From Raillietiella orientalis (Eukaryota), in the NCBI GenBank assembly GCA_036172245.1, contig JAYWIR010000024.1, forward strand, positions 1,922,001 to 1,986,000: a stretch of 64,000 bases of DNA, given 5' to 3'. The notes below the pieces were generated by a model. The model did not search any database, had not been told where the DNA came from, and saw only the letters and a list, made by a program, of their open reading frames with translations. Made by a program: the position numbers and the translations under genes. This document shows positions 27,501 through 39,857 of this stretch, in pieces; positions within the stretch are counted from its first letter, which is position 1; each line of letters starts with the position of its first letter.

Positions 27501-30500
27501 TTTTCCGGGCTTAACTGTGGGAGAGCAGCGAATGCACAGTTCTGTTCGGCGCTTGGTCGATTCGCTCCCGTGAGAAGAAAATGCACTCAGGAGCGCGTGG
27601 ATACGCATAAGGATGCTGAGTGGAAGCTGATCGTTTCCGATATCTGTTCGCGCAGTATGCCGCTCGAGGATTCATCAGACGGTAAGCAACCCGCGCTCTG
27701 AAGACCCGAGTGGCAGCACCGGAGCTCGGGGAGACTGCCTCCGGCGAACGCGTACGCGGCGGGCACACTCACAACATGTACCTACTGACTCTGTACAGCT
27801 AAGAGGCATTCTTGCATGCGGCACAGCCTTGCCAGATGCAGATGGGGAGATCTTTGCTCATCATGTGCTCCTGTTTGCTGCAGGTTTGGAACGATTACCA
27901 GTTGTCATGGGATAAAGCGGAATACGGTGGCGTCGATGTCCTGAGGCTGCCTCCAGACAAAGTTTGGAAGCCTGACATTGTTCTGTTCAACAAGTATGTC
28001 TTTCCCTCGGAGGGCACCCCTCCTTTCCCGTTCTTCCTCCTCTGATTCTCTTCCCAACAGTCAAATTCGTTCCCGGAATCTTTAACTAGAAATTTTCCGG
28101 CTTCCGATATTCCCCATGTTCCGCGGCAGTGTCTGTACTCGCATTCATTCCAGTGCCGACGGAAACTACGAAGTACGGTACAAGCCTCAGATCCTCATTT
28201 ATTCGGACGGCAACCTGCTCTGGATCCCCCCCGCCATCTACCAGGTACTGTGATCTCCGCCCCATCCGGGGTCCACGTTCCTCGTGTGCTCGATAAGTTG
28301 CATTTCGAGTGACGATCCGTGCGGCAAAGCAGCCGCCGCGCGCGCGCGCTGGGCATCTCTCGTCACGTCTCCCGCTCAGCATCTGCAAACAGTCGACCGG
28401 GAGGCGCAAATGGGTTTCCCGAGCCCGGCTTCGACGAGGAATCCTTTTCGCATCCCCCTTCCCGTGGGTACGGAGCGCTCGGCACTTCGGGAGGAAAGCG
28501 CGGCGGCGTACCGGGGGCGCGCTTCGCTGTTCCCATGGCGCCGGACGGTCCCTTCCGTGTCCCTCGCAATCCTCTCCTCTGCCAGCGGCGTGGCACCTCG
28601 CTTCGCCCTATCGATTCCTGCCCGTTCCCCTTCCCGCAGCGCGCAAGTGAGGAAAGGAAGAGAGACTCGGGGGAAAACGGATTGGGCTTGGTGAGCCCGG
28701 CGGCCAGGGAGGGGATTCCGCCGGCCCGAGGCCCCCGAGGACGGTGGCAACTCGAGCTCGTCGCCTTCCAGAACTCTCTGGAATGGGCGCGAGGAAGCCG
28801 CCCGTGCGGCGGCGGCACCCTCCGGAAAAGGCAAAACGGATTAACAACAGATTGATTCTGCAATCCCTACTTCTGAAGCACATAATTTGCAGTTCACGCT
28901 GTATATGTCCCTCTGCGAGATGTACACGATTCTAGCAAAGTGTGATTCTTTTTTGAAAACGAAAATTCCTCATTGGTCCTTTTATACTGTACCGTTAATA
29001 TTCGAAACATTTGCGGTATTCACAAACAGTAACTTCACCCTCTGACAAAGATATTATTACATAAATATTCTATAAGCATATTAGACAAATACGCTACCAT
29101 GAATGTATTATTGTTGGTATTATGGATATTCTACTCCAGGCATACTTACTCAAATAGTGATCAATTCATCAACCACAACGTTGCGCAGTACGTTTTCGTG
29201 GATGGTACTGATAGCATCGGATAAAACATGGATGTAATTTCATATGTACAAATGGGAATAAAACGCAAAATAATTGCCAACAAGGGAGAGAGCTCCTCCT
29301 CGATTTTCCCCTCTCACCCGAAACGTGAACCGACTCAGCCGTACACACGACGGAAGTATGTACTTACAGAGAGCCCGTTTGTCGCCGCCGAAGTGTGTAC
29401 GAGTGCCCGCCAGTGACTTCTGATTGGACGACCGGTTCCCGCTGGTCGCGGACGACCAACCGCCGGCGAGTACGTCGCCGTCGTCGGTGCTCGCGTGGGC
29501 CGGTGTGGGACTCGTCCGGTGGGACGCCGCAGCACCGCGTCCCGTTCCGCCCGTTTCGCGAGCTGGCCCGAAACTCCCCGGGGGGGGGGGGGGGGGGTGC
29601 ATTCCCAGCAGCCTGCCCCGAATCGAGCCCGCGTGCTGGTACAGGTCGGCCGCCTGGACCGCTCGAGACACCTGCCCCGCCTTGTCCCAGATCCGGCTGG
29701 GAAGAACGACAGGCTTCCTACCTGCCCGCCCTCCCCTCCATCTTCCAGTGCACCGCGAGGTCGTGGTGCTCCCCTCCCCTTCTGCCTCTGCCCTGATGGA
29801 AGGGAGCAGGGTGTGCCCCGCCGGGCACAGAGGGTGCCGCTCCTCCATCGCTGGCCAGCCGGTCCAGGGGTACGAGGATCAGAAGGGACGGGAATGAGAG
29901 CCGGTGCCTGTCCTCTCCGGACGCCGGAAAGGGGGAGCGGCGGGCCGCCTCGCCCCCCCCCCATGTGGTGTGCCGGTACCTAGGAGATGCCGGGCACCTC
30001 GGGAGAGACCAGGACCAGGGTCCCCGGTTTGCGGACGCGGAGGAAACCTCCCGTCTCCGGGGTCAAACGTCACTCGAGGGGAACCAATGAGATTCCTTTT
30101 TCCTCGTGTTTCCACGAAACTCCGCCCCCGCCCTGCCTATCGAATCGAGAGTAGAATGAAAGTTTGGAAGGGCTCGATCCTCTGGCTGAAAGGGGGGGGG
30201 AGCGGTTTCCACGGCAACCAGACGTTTGATGTCGGTGAAGGGGGCAAAAGAGGGGAAAAAGAAGTGAAGAAAGAGCCTGGACGGACCCCCCGTCGTCCCC
30301 TTCCAGTGTGCTTGCGGACCCTTCGAGGAGGACGGGTGATGTCCTATGCTATACTGCATCCGAGAGCATCCGCCGCGGTGAAGATGCCTCGTCGCAATTT
30401 CCTCAACTTTGTGGTGCCTGGGGATTCTTGACCAGCCTGCTCATGCGTAGCAACATCTCAGCAGATCCTCTGCACAGCAAGGCCCGCCTCTTCCGAGCGA

Positions 30501-33500
30501 GGAGTCGGATCAGCTTCGAGGCACCTGGACCCCCGGGACGACGGGTGCTCCCCGCTTGCAGCCTTGCGCACGTTTCGTGCACCTGCTGTCGAGCACCAGA
30601 GTCACGTGACTGCGGGGATGAGCGCGCGCGTGCAAAGCTGGACGCTTGAAGATTGCGCTGCGGGCAGTACGGCGGGAAGAACACTCTTTCCAATACACGG
30701 ACAACGGTACCAGGGCTCACCCGGTGTTCTCTGAAAGTGAACCTCCTGCGTCCATTGTCCTCTTTCCTCTGCGGAGCCGCAGACGAAGATCCCTCCAGCG
30801 ACTGCACGGCGTGAGAACGTGCGACAGCAGCAGCAGGGCTTTGGATTCGGTACAGCGAACGCTAGATGCGAGCTCGCGAAGCTCTAGCTTGACCTTTGTC
30901 CCCACAGAACGCTAGGTTCTTGTCACTGGTGCCATCTCGGGACCGCAAGTCGAAGGTTCACCGTCACCGTCACCTGTGTTCTGTGGGGGCGCGCGCGTCA
31001 GCTCCCTTCCCATCCCCCATCCCCGTTCGTTTTGCCCCGAAATTCCGAGCACATGTAAACAACCAGGGTGCAGCTTCTCGGGAGCGTGCGCGGTGGCGAC
31101 TGTCTTCCTGCACTCCTCCCCCTCGAACACCAGGTAGCCCTGCACCCTTTCCAGCGCTTGGAACGCTGTGGTCACCTGCAAAACGCACTGGAAAGCGCGC
31201 TTTCGTGTCGAAGACTTAGATCCGGTCCTTTCAGGGAAGCTGCGGCGACACGCACTGCTGCCGTTGCGCGTTCATTTAAAAGGGGCAAGGAAGATCGATA
31301 CCGGACGTTTTTTTTTTTGTTTCCATGGACTGGGTCTCCGTCCACGGCAAACGTAGGACATACCACCCGTCACGTCTTAACCGAAAGGCACGCATCCTTT
31401 TCGTCCCTCATTTTCCCGTCCCGGGGTCCGCGCGTAGGGAAGCGCGCTACCGCTGTGCGTCTCCCCGAACTTTGTCTGCATTTTCCCGTTTACGGCCTTG
31501 TCGTGCCATCTCCCGTGGACTCCCGGAACTGTTTCGAGCGAGAAAAAGCATCCACGCACGCACGAGCGTATCCTTCCTCTTCCCCGCACACCCCTCACGA
31601 ATCGTTGCATTCCCACAGAGCTCGTGCACGATCGACGTCACCTACTTCCCCTTCGACCAGCAGATGTGCATGATGAAGTTCAGCTCCTGGACCTTCAACG
31701 GCGACCAGGTCTCCCTCGGCATGTACAACAACAAGAACTTCGTGGACCTTTCCGATTACTGGAAGTCTGGGACGTGGGACATTATCGAAGTTCCTGCTTT
31801 CTTGAACGTGTATCCCGGCAACCCCACGGAAACGCACATCACTTTCCAGATCACGATCCGCAGGAAGACTCTGTTCTACACGGTCAATCTCATCCTTCCC
31901 ACGGTCCTGATCTCTTTCTTGTGCGTCCTGGTGTTCTACCTTCCGGCGGAAGCCGGGGAAAAGGTGACTCTGGGAATCAGCATCTTGCTGTCCCTGGTTG
32001 TGTTCCTCTTGCTGGTGTCCAAGATCTTGCCCCCCACTTCCCTGGTGCTTCCTCTGATCGCGAAATACCTCCTGTTCACCTTCATCATGAACACTTTCAG
32101 CATCCTCGTCACCGTGGTGATAATCAACTGGAACTTTCGCGGGCCTCGTACGCACAGGATGCCCCGCTGGATCAAAGTAGTCTTTCTTCAGTATTTGCCT
32201 TCGTTTCTGTTCATGAAGAGGTCGAAGAAGACCCGCCTCAAGTGGATGATGGACTTGCCCGGTCCACTCCTTCCTCACTCGTACAATTCGTCCGAGGTGG
32301 TTCAGAGGGACCCCCCCACTGTGAACAAAATCGAACTGCTGGAACTGTCCGACTTGCACCACCCGAACTGCAAGATCAACAGGAGCCGCCAGTACGACGC
32401 GGACTTCCCGAGGAGGGAGAGCGAGTGCTCGGACTCGCTTTTCATGACGCCCGCGGCCTACAAGGCGACCGAAGCCGTGGAGTTCATCGCCGAGCACCTA
32501 CGCAACGAAGACGAGTACGTCCAGGTGAGAGGAAAGACCGGTTTCTCTTCCTTTTCGTTCCAGTTTCCGTACGTGTACAGCCGAAGCGTGTTTACGTGTA
32601 CCTCTCTTCCTTCTTCGTCCGTTCCCTCGAGACGCGCTGGCCGGCGCACCTGCGTTTTTCTTCTTTCTTTCTCTTTTTTTCCGCGGTAATGCGATTTCAT
32701 TCACGAGGCGAGGCGAGGTGGCCTTGGCAACGAGAGCATGCGGCCGATGGTAGCTGGCAACTGGAAAGGAGGGTTTCCACCCGGGTACGCCCGGAGCAAT
32801 GGAAAGAAGGGGGGGGGGCACAATGCGCCGCTCAAGGCGGTGACCGGAAATGCGTATCAGCGACCCGCTCAGAACGATTGCGCGGGGCTGCCGCGGCGGG
32901 CGTGCGGTGAGAGAGTTCCGAGGCGAGGGGCAGCTGGAAGAGCAAAGAAAACACGGGTGTCCGTTCTCCCCTGTTGATGCCCTGTCCGGAAGTGATCTGG
33001 ACATCTGCCGTGGCTTTTGCTAGGCCGATCCCTGCTCGCTTTGGTCCGCCTCCCTGTGGCGCCGGGAAAGGATGGCGAGCGGTGGTGGATGGCGCCTCCG
33101 AAACATCGCCGGGAGCGTAAGAGAAAGAACACCGTGGAGCTTCCCGATCTCTCCTCCAGACATCGGCGCGTTCGCTGCGGCCGAGCCGTCCAGCAGGAGG
33201 CATCCGACACGGGATTCCCGCTTTCGCTGTGCGGGGCTTCCTTCGGGATCCCTGGCAGCCAGTACTTTCGGGGAAGCCGTTTCGCAACGTGGCAGCGCAT
33301 TTTCGTCCTGCAGAAGCCCAGCGCGCGTCCGCGCCATCAGTGACCGAGGGGATGCTTCTCAACCAGCAATAATTCCCATCTCGGGGTTTCCGTCCCCGAT
33401 TGGGATGCTGCCCGTGCACAAGTGATGTGGTTCTGTCCAGGAGGCTCTCTCTTCGCCCGTTAACTGGAAATCTCTCTTCTCGTGTTCACGGGAGTGATGA

Positions 33501-36500
33501 TGGTGATGGGACACGTGCGCCTGTTGGCATCGCAGCAGCGAACGACGTTGTTCCACGACCACGGCATCCCTCCTTGGGACTTTCTTCGTTGGCATGTGCT
33601 GCTCCCCGGGTGCTTTCTCTCGCTTCCCCCTCTCGGTGGCCCAGCAACCAACCACTCCAGACCGTTCTTCGACTTTCCATCAAGATCCTCCCACTGATGC
33701 TTGCGAGGCCGTTCGACTCTTCGTTTCGCTTTGCTTGGATGATGGAACTTCATCTCTCCTGCTTCCGTTCCCGTTCCCCAGCATCCTTTCTACCAGTCCG
33801 TGGGGATAGGTACGTTTGAAGTAGACCAGACGGTTCGGCACTCTGCTACCGCCCTTTGCCTGGAGTCCCAACTGGTCCCTCCTCCGTAAATGCAGAGATT
33901 CCCGAAGAAACACCTGACCGTATTAGCGTGGGGCCCGCGCGCGTCGATCCTCTTGCTTCCCGTGGCTCAGTTGGTCGCTTTGGCGGCCGCGTGGCTGCAG
34001 CCTACGCACGTGGTACCGAATGCTGCGCGTTCGAATCTCCACGTGGAGGATTGACGCAGAGAAATGAAGGGTACGGTGTGGCTTTCGAGTACCCCCCAAA
34101 AGATGACGCAGCTTGGACTGTAGACTCCGGATGCTGCACTGGTTGACATCGGTCACTCCGGAGCGTTTATTTATAAAAAATAAACGTCCGTGGCAGGACG
34201 TTTGATCCTGCCACGTTCCTTATAACTACGAGAAGGAACCTGCCGGGAACCGACACGCAGGCCAGCGGGGTTCGCCTCGGCACCATAGGAGAGGGGGAGA
34301 CAAACAAAAAGAAAAAAAGGAGGGAGGGCGGGTTCGAGAAGGGATCACTGTCCGCTGGAGGGCGTCCTCTGCATCCTTGTAAGGATGCCGGCAAGTTCCT
34401 GTTTTATGGTTCTCAGATGGGACCATCTTCATGCCGTCCTCATGAAGAGGACAGCCAAAAAGATGGCGTCCTTGTCGTGTTGGCCTCCTCTGGCGTTGCT
34501 CCATGCAGCCACGGTCCCACCGCGTAAACAGCAAAGTGCTGTTAGAGATGCGGTCTGCTGGCGCGAGGGCGTCGCGCAGGAAGAAGCGCTTTCAAACGTC
34601 TCTGGCGTTGCCGACAGGGGTTTCAAGAGTCGCGTCAAAGCGTCCCCAAAGAGGCCGAAGAGCAACACTAGGAATCCACTAGGAGGTGCGGGAGGGATTC
34701 CCACTCCCCGCACCTTACACAGTTTGGATCCACTGGTGGAGGCCGGAATCCGGATGCCTCCGATGAGTGGCTGGGATCCGAAGTTGACCCTCCGGGGTCC
34801 CTTCCAAGAATCAAAGAGTCGGCGCCCTTTGGGGCTCCCCATTCGGTTGTGCAAACGGGGCCGTCCCATCCTTCTAGGGGGAGGGGAGGGATTCTCCATC
34901 GCGTTCCATGGAACCGGTGGATCGATGCCTCTCTAGAGTGTGAAGTGCGTTGCTCCCTTTAGGAGCGACTCTTCAGAGAAAATGGGGAGCGTCCCTTCGG
35001 GGTTCTCCTTAGAAGAGGAAACAAGGAGCAGATTCTTTCCAGGAGGTCCCTCCGGGGAGGACAAGGAAGAGGTTCCTTCGGGGTCCCTTCGGAGGCAACC
35101 AGGGTGGAGCGGACTCCTTCCTTCGGGGCCTTCCTGGATTTATAAGGTAGTCCCCTCCTGGGGGTTCCCCAACTTGAAGAGTTACTACACGCATCCTCGG
35201 TTGACGTGGATAGCATTAAAGAGCTTCATGTGCCGTGGATTGTGGAAGGTCCTAGTTCGGTCTTTACTTACGGGAAAGAATGAACCTGTAAAGAGAAACC
35301 GCCAATCGTAAACGTTAGCCCCTGAAAGGAAAATCAGGAATGACGATAGCGAGGTGTTCGATACACTGGGAAGAAAGAGAAATCCTCAATCCGAACGTCC
35401 ACAAGGCAGCGGATATGCGTTTTTTTTTTTTCCTCGGAGGGGAGGGGGGTAACAGTGGGTAGAGTAACTAAGAGTAACCATGGAGGAAGGGAGGTAACAA
35501 TGGGTAGAGTAACTAAGAGTAACAATGAGAGGGGGAAGGGGTAACAATGGGTAGAGTAACTAAGAGTAACAATGAGAGGGGGAAGGGGTAACAATGGGTA
35601 GAGCGCGCGGGGCTTGCTGGGAGTCCTGATGCGCGCGCACCATCTCGGAAGGCGATGCGATGCACGCGAACCGTGTGCTAGGGGCCAAGAGCAGTGCAAA
35701 GAACACGGCATCGCGTGTCCGCAGCAGGCAGTGATCCCTTACCAAACCCTCAAGTTTTTTTTTTTTCTTTGTTTTTATTTTTTTTGTTCGGTTTTCATTT
35801 TGTTTCATTTTTATTTTTCCTCTGTCCAGTCTCCCCTCTGCCGCCGAGGCGAACCTCTCTGGTCTGCGCGCCGGCCGGCTTCCCGGCAGGTTCGTTTCAC
35901 CGGTGAACGTGGCAGGACCGGGGGGTCCCTGCCACCACCTTTCTGTGGTTTCGTTCGGATTACGAAATGCCCCTGCGCTCGCGAGCGGGAATGCGCCGCC
36001 GACGCCTTTTCGCAGGCGCCGCCGCCAGCGTCGCGCCGTACCGATCTCTCGGCAAGCCGACGCCATCGGAAAGGCTGCGGACTGTTTTAATCAAGTCGGA
36101 CGCCAGAATTCGAGCTTGTATCTGCCGGGGAAGGGGCGCGGGGCTTTCTCGGATGGTGTTCCCGCGAAGAAGCTAATGGAATTTTTCTGCACGGGATTAC
36201 CCGGGAAACCGTCCACGGCATAAGCCACCTCGGTACGCTTCTGCCTGAGGAGGGGGACGGTCGCGAATGCTCACGGGAAGAAATATAACGTAGGGAAATT
36301 GATGAGGGATTGTCTTCCTGCGCTGCCCAATTGCAGCGAATTTTCAAGGATTTCGCAAGGATACGAGTCGGGAAGCGCGGATTCGAAAAAAAAATGGGAA
36401 CGCAATTTGGCAGCGGAACGTCCAAAACAAACGCAGAAAGAAGAATCTGTTGGTCGAAGCTGGAAGATCGGTGCATCCCCGGTAAAAGAGATCCGAGTCA

Positions 36501-39500
36501 CGACGTTTCCAGAATTCCATTACGCTCATGGGAAAGATTGCGTAGAATGACTTCCCTCCACTGGAAAATGAGGCCGATGCTTGCTGGAGTAATGCGATCT
36601 GTAGCGAAATTCTTAGTTTAGAGAGAAAAAAAGACGGGGACAGGTTGAATCAGTGAGTGACGTCATTACGCAGTGACTGTTGCCCTGCAGCATGGCCAGG
36701 GTAGGGAGAAGGGAGGGGACACGTGCATGTGGTGGACGTAAACCTGAGAGATGTCCGTGAGTCCTCGCCTCCCGCCGATGCCGGTTGCTTCCTTCTTAGG
36801 AACTTCGGCTTAGCTCCCCTGAACGAGGAAGGACCCAAGGACGATAAGAGACTCGTTGCCTTGGAGCCGGTTCCTTAAGACAACCTTGTACCGTTTCCAG
36901 ATGCTTCAGGAATGAAAGGAAGGAGGCTCGTGACGACGGATCCAGTTTCTGTGATGACAGAAACAAGGAGAGCTCTAACTCCTCGGATCTCAGGTTCCTC
37001 ATTCCCACCGCAGGGAAGGCACCAAAAGTGATCGTTGGTTTTCTTCACGCGATCGGAGGCAGCACGTGCAAAAAAAGAAAGAAAGAAAGAAAAGGCACCA
37101 CCAAGGAATAGAGCGTGCGCAGGCAAAGGTGCATCCGTTGATCACCACCACATGCGTATTCCAGGAGGCACGTCTCTCTTTCCGATCCTGGTGGAGTGCA
37201 ACACCTGAGGCTTGAATTCGAAGTCAAATAAGGGAATCGGCCGCTTGGAGACGATCGCGTAGGGACGATTGTTCTCACGAACCAAACGGACTGCTCGAGC
37301 GGGGAAGCTCCAGCGGGAGCGACCTGGAAGCGAGGACCAACACCACGCCTGAGGGACCGTGACCATCCGTAAAGGTGAGGTCTGGATGCGCCTTGCCAGG
37401 CGCACGGCGCACGCGCGCTGCTCCCTGAGGAAGAGCGACCGGAAATGAAGGAAGTCATCTCTTTCCGTCGCGATGCACGCGTTAAGAGAGCTGCAGTGGG
37501 GTGTTCTTCGACATCGCTGGTGCCCTCGAACTTCTGTGTGATTCTGCCGTTCCCTGCTCCCTTTCTGGAGAACGCTGGCGGATTTCCAGCAGCGAGGGCG
37601 ACCGTAAGGCGGAACGAATGCAATGCGACGCGACGACGCTCAGCATCCGTGTCTGTGCCCGTGCGGTTTCCAACGCAACCAAGCAGGTAGTCCGGCAACG
37701 AGTCGCCGCCCTCTTCCCTCGAAGGTGGCGTTCGCGGTGCTGCGCCAAACTTTCGCGCCATGTGAGAGGAAATCTGAATCTTCCCTTTGCATGGAGAATG
37801 CCGCGCAATCGTGGTTTCGCTGACGTCTTTCCGGTCGCTGCTTCCCGCGACTCATTGTTGCCTTCCCCCCCCCCCCCTCCCAGTTGCGAGTCGCATGCTC
37901 TCGTTGCTAAGAACGTCCAAGGACTCCTCTGTCTCTATTTTGTATATCCATTTTCTATTTCTGATTCTTCCTCTGCTGAGACGTTCGTGGTTTCCTTCCC
38001 CCCCTCGCCCCCACACACGCCTGCTCCTTCCTTCGCCGGTTTTATCGAAAGATGGCGCAATCGTATTTTCGCGACCACTGCACCGCGGATGCTTTCGAAC
38101 AGGGGCCAGGAATTCAGGGATTCCACCGATGATTGCCAAAAAAAAAAAAAAAAATACCAAACCTATCCCCCTTCCCGGACATAGGAAAGGGAGAAGACGA
38201 AGACACGACGCCGCGTCCACATTGTAAGTTCATTCACAATCGGCGTGCATGTTGCGATCCACGAGAGAAGCGGATCGCCGCTGATGCGTGAGAAGCAGGG
38301 AAGAGAACAGGGTTGCCAACAGACGTTAATTGAATCCCAGTAGATAGCCTTCGAAAATCCGCGATTCCCCCCCCCCCCTCTAAAATCTCATCATCCTAAT
38401 ACCTGGGAATTGGCTATTACTATTATTACATTGAATGAAAGAATGGATAAAAATAATACAATACACACCTAATAGTTTAACGTAGCACGAGGTGCTGAAG
38501 CCCACTATAGCACAGAACACGTACAACATACGTAACGTCTCTTCATCTTGGGATTCCATAGCACACAAATAGAATGGATTGTTGGCCACGTGACATTTGT
38601 GTTACGAAGCCACTTTTGCACGTGTTCGACACGTTTGGAAGGAGAGCGCCGCACCTACAAACATCTCATTACCGCTACAGTGAAAAGAGAACGTTGGAAA
38701 AGCCTGTGACTTGCAGTGGAATACTCAAACGAGTTGCCGCTGCACCTACGGCAACCACAATTTAAACATCAAAATATTTTAATAAGAAGATAAGGAGTTC
38801 GCCTCCCTCCACAATCTTCTATCAACAGTGCGATGCTTTATCAACGCCACATGCACCAAGATGGAAACGGGGGGGCGGACGAAACATCCGGAGTTCCACT
38901 GCTTCAGACTGTTTACGACGTCCATGTTTGGGAAGTTTCTTGGCAGCCATGAGAAACCCGTGAACTTCGGAGGCCGTTGGTTTACAATACCTCTAGAATT
39001 CCCGCTCGGCAGGATCAGGCATTTTTAGCCGCTGGATGGGGTTCCAAAATCGCTAGATCCAGCGGGAAAGCCTCTAAGTTGTCAACCCTGGAATGGAAAA
39101 TGGAGGACATTCCGGAACGAATGCTCCGCTCGCAGTGCTCGCAGGTGCAGCCCACCGTTCCACTAGTTTTTCCACCACCGGCACCTCTTCTGTCGATCGG
39201 CGTCGTCGGCGCTCCCTTGCAGTCGGACGCTCCCGCTTCCAGGTTCACGAAACCACGGCAGATGGACGGGGGCTGCTCCCTTCGAAAAGTGACATCCCAG
39301 GCAGTGCGTTCTCCTCTTCCTCATCTTTTATTTTATTTCTTTTTCTTTTTGCCGGATAAGCTGTTTTCCTAACGAATCGGTAATGGAAAAGAATTGTCGT
39401 CGGGTGCAAGGCGCGGAGGTGAATCCTCCCCCCCTCTTCCTTGCGCGGGGAAATCCTCCGGACGATCCTCCGCTCTGGCTTCCCGCTGAGGTTCGGAGAT

Positions 39501-39857
39501 GCTGGAGGCGGCGAGCGCGGAGCAGGCGAAACCTCTTCCTTTTCTTCCCGGTCCGCTTCTTGTCGCTGTTGCGCGTTCTGGCCGATGGTGCGCTGGTCGG
39601 ACAGAGAGTCGAGTTCCGGCGACGCTGAGCTCAGACCACCGCCTCCACCTTGGTGCTGGCACTGAAAGGAGCTGTTTCCGTTGTGATTCCAGATACGCGA
39701 AGATTGGAAGTACGTCGCGATGGTAATAGATCGCCTCCAGCTGTACATATTCTTCGTTGTCACGACCGCGGGGACGATTGGCATCCTGATGCACGCTCCC
39801 CACATCTTCGAGTACGTCGACCAAGATAAGATAATCAGCATCTACAGAGGGAAGTGA
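21507..39857 (+). CDS. nAChRbeta1: Nicotinic acetylcholine receptor beta1 subunit (arthropod beta1 orthologue), 7 coding exons, 506 aa
   Basis: Exons 21507-21573, 25328-25464, 26708-26752, 27884-27993, 28154-28244, 31619-32524 and 39693-39857, all GT-AG, summing to 1521 nt in frame. Contains a signal peptide, SEDEERLVRDLFRGYNKLIRPV, loop D KSNVWLRLVW, Cys-loop CTIDVTYFPFDQQMC, TM1-3 (RRKTLFYTVNLILP...AEAGEKVTLGISILLSLVVFLLLV), SDLHHPNCKIN, EDWKYVAMVIDRLQLYIFF and C-terminal IYRGK. No vicinal cysteines in loop C, so non-alpha. Confidence 0.96.
35436..35603. repeat. Minisatellite, ~45-47 bp unit, ~3.5 copies, in nAChR intron 6
   Basis: Unit GAGAGGGGGAAGGGGTAACAATGGGTAGAGTAACTAAGAGTAACAAT repeated in tandem, with variants. 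Confidence 0.9.

Noticed and set aside
31595..32497. 300-aa antisense ORF (and the 470-aa alternative + frame) over nAChR exon 6
   Set aside because: Typical shadow of GC3-rich codon usage.
38309..38592. Possible hAT-type MITE starting CAGGGTTGCCAAC
   Set aside because: The putative right end (GTTGGCCACGTG) matches poorly and no target-site duplication is evident.
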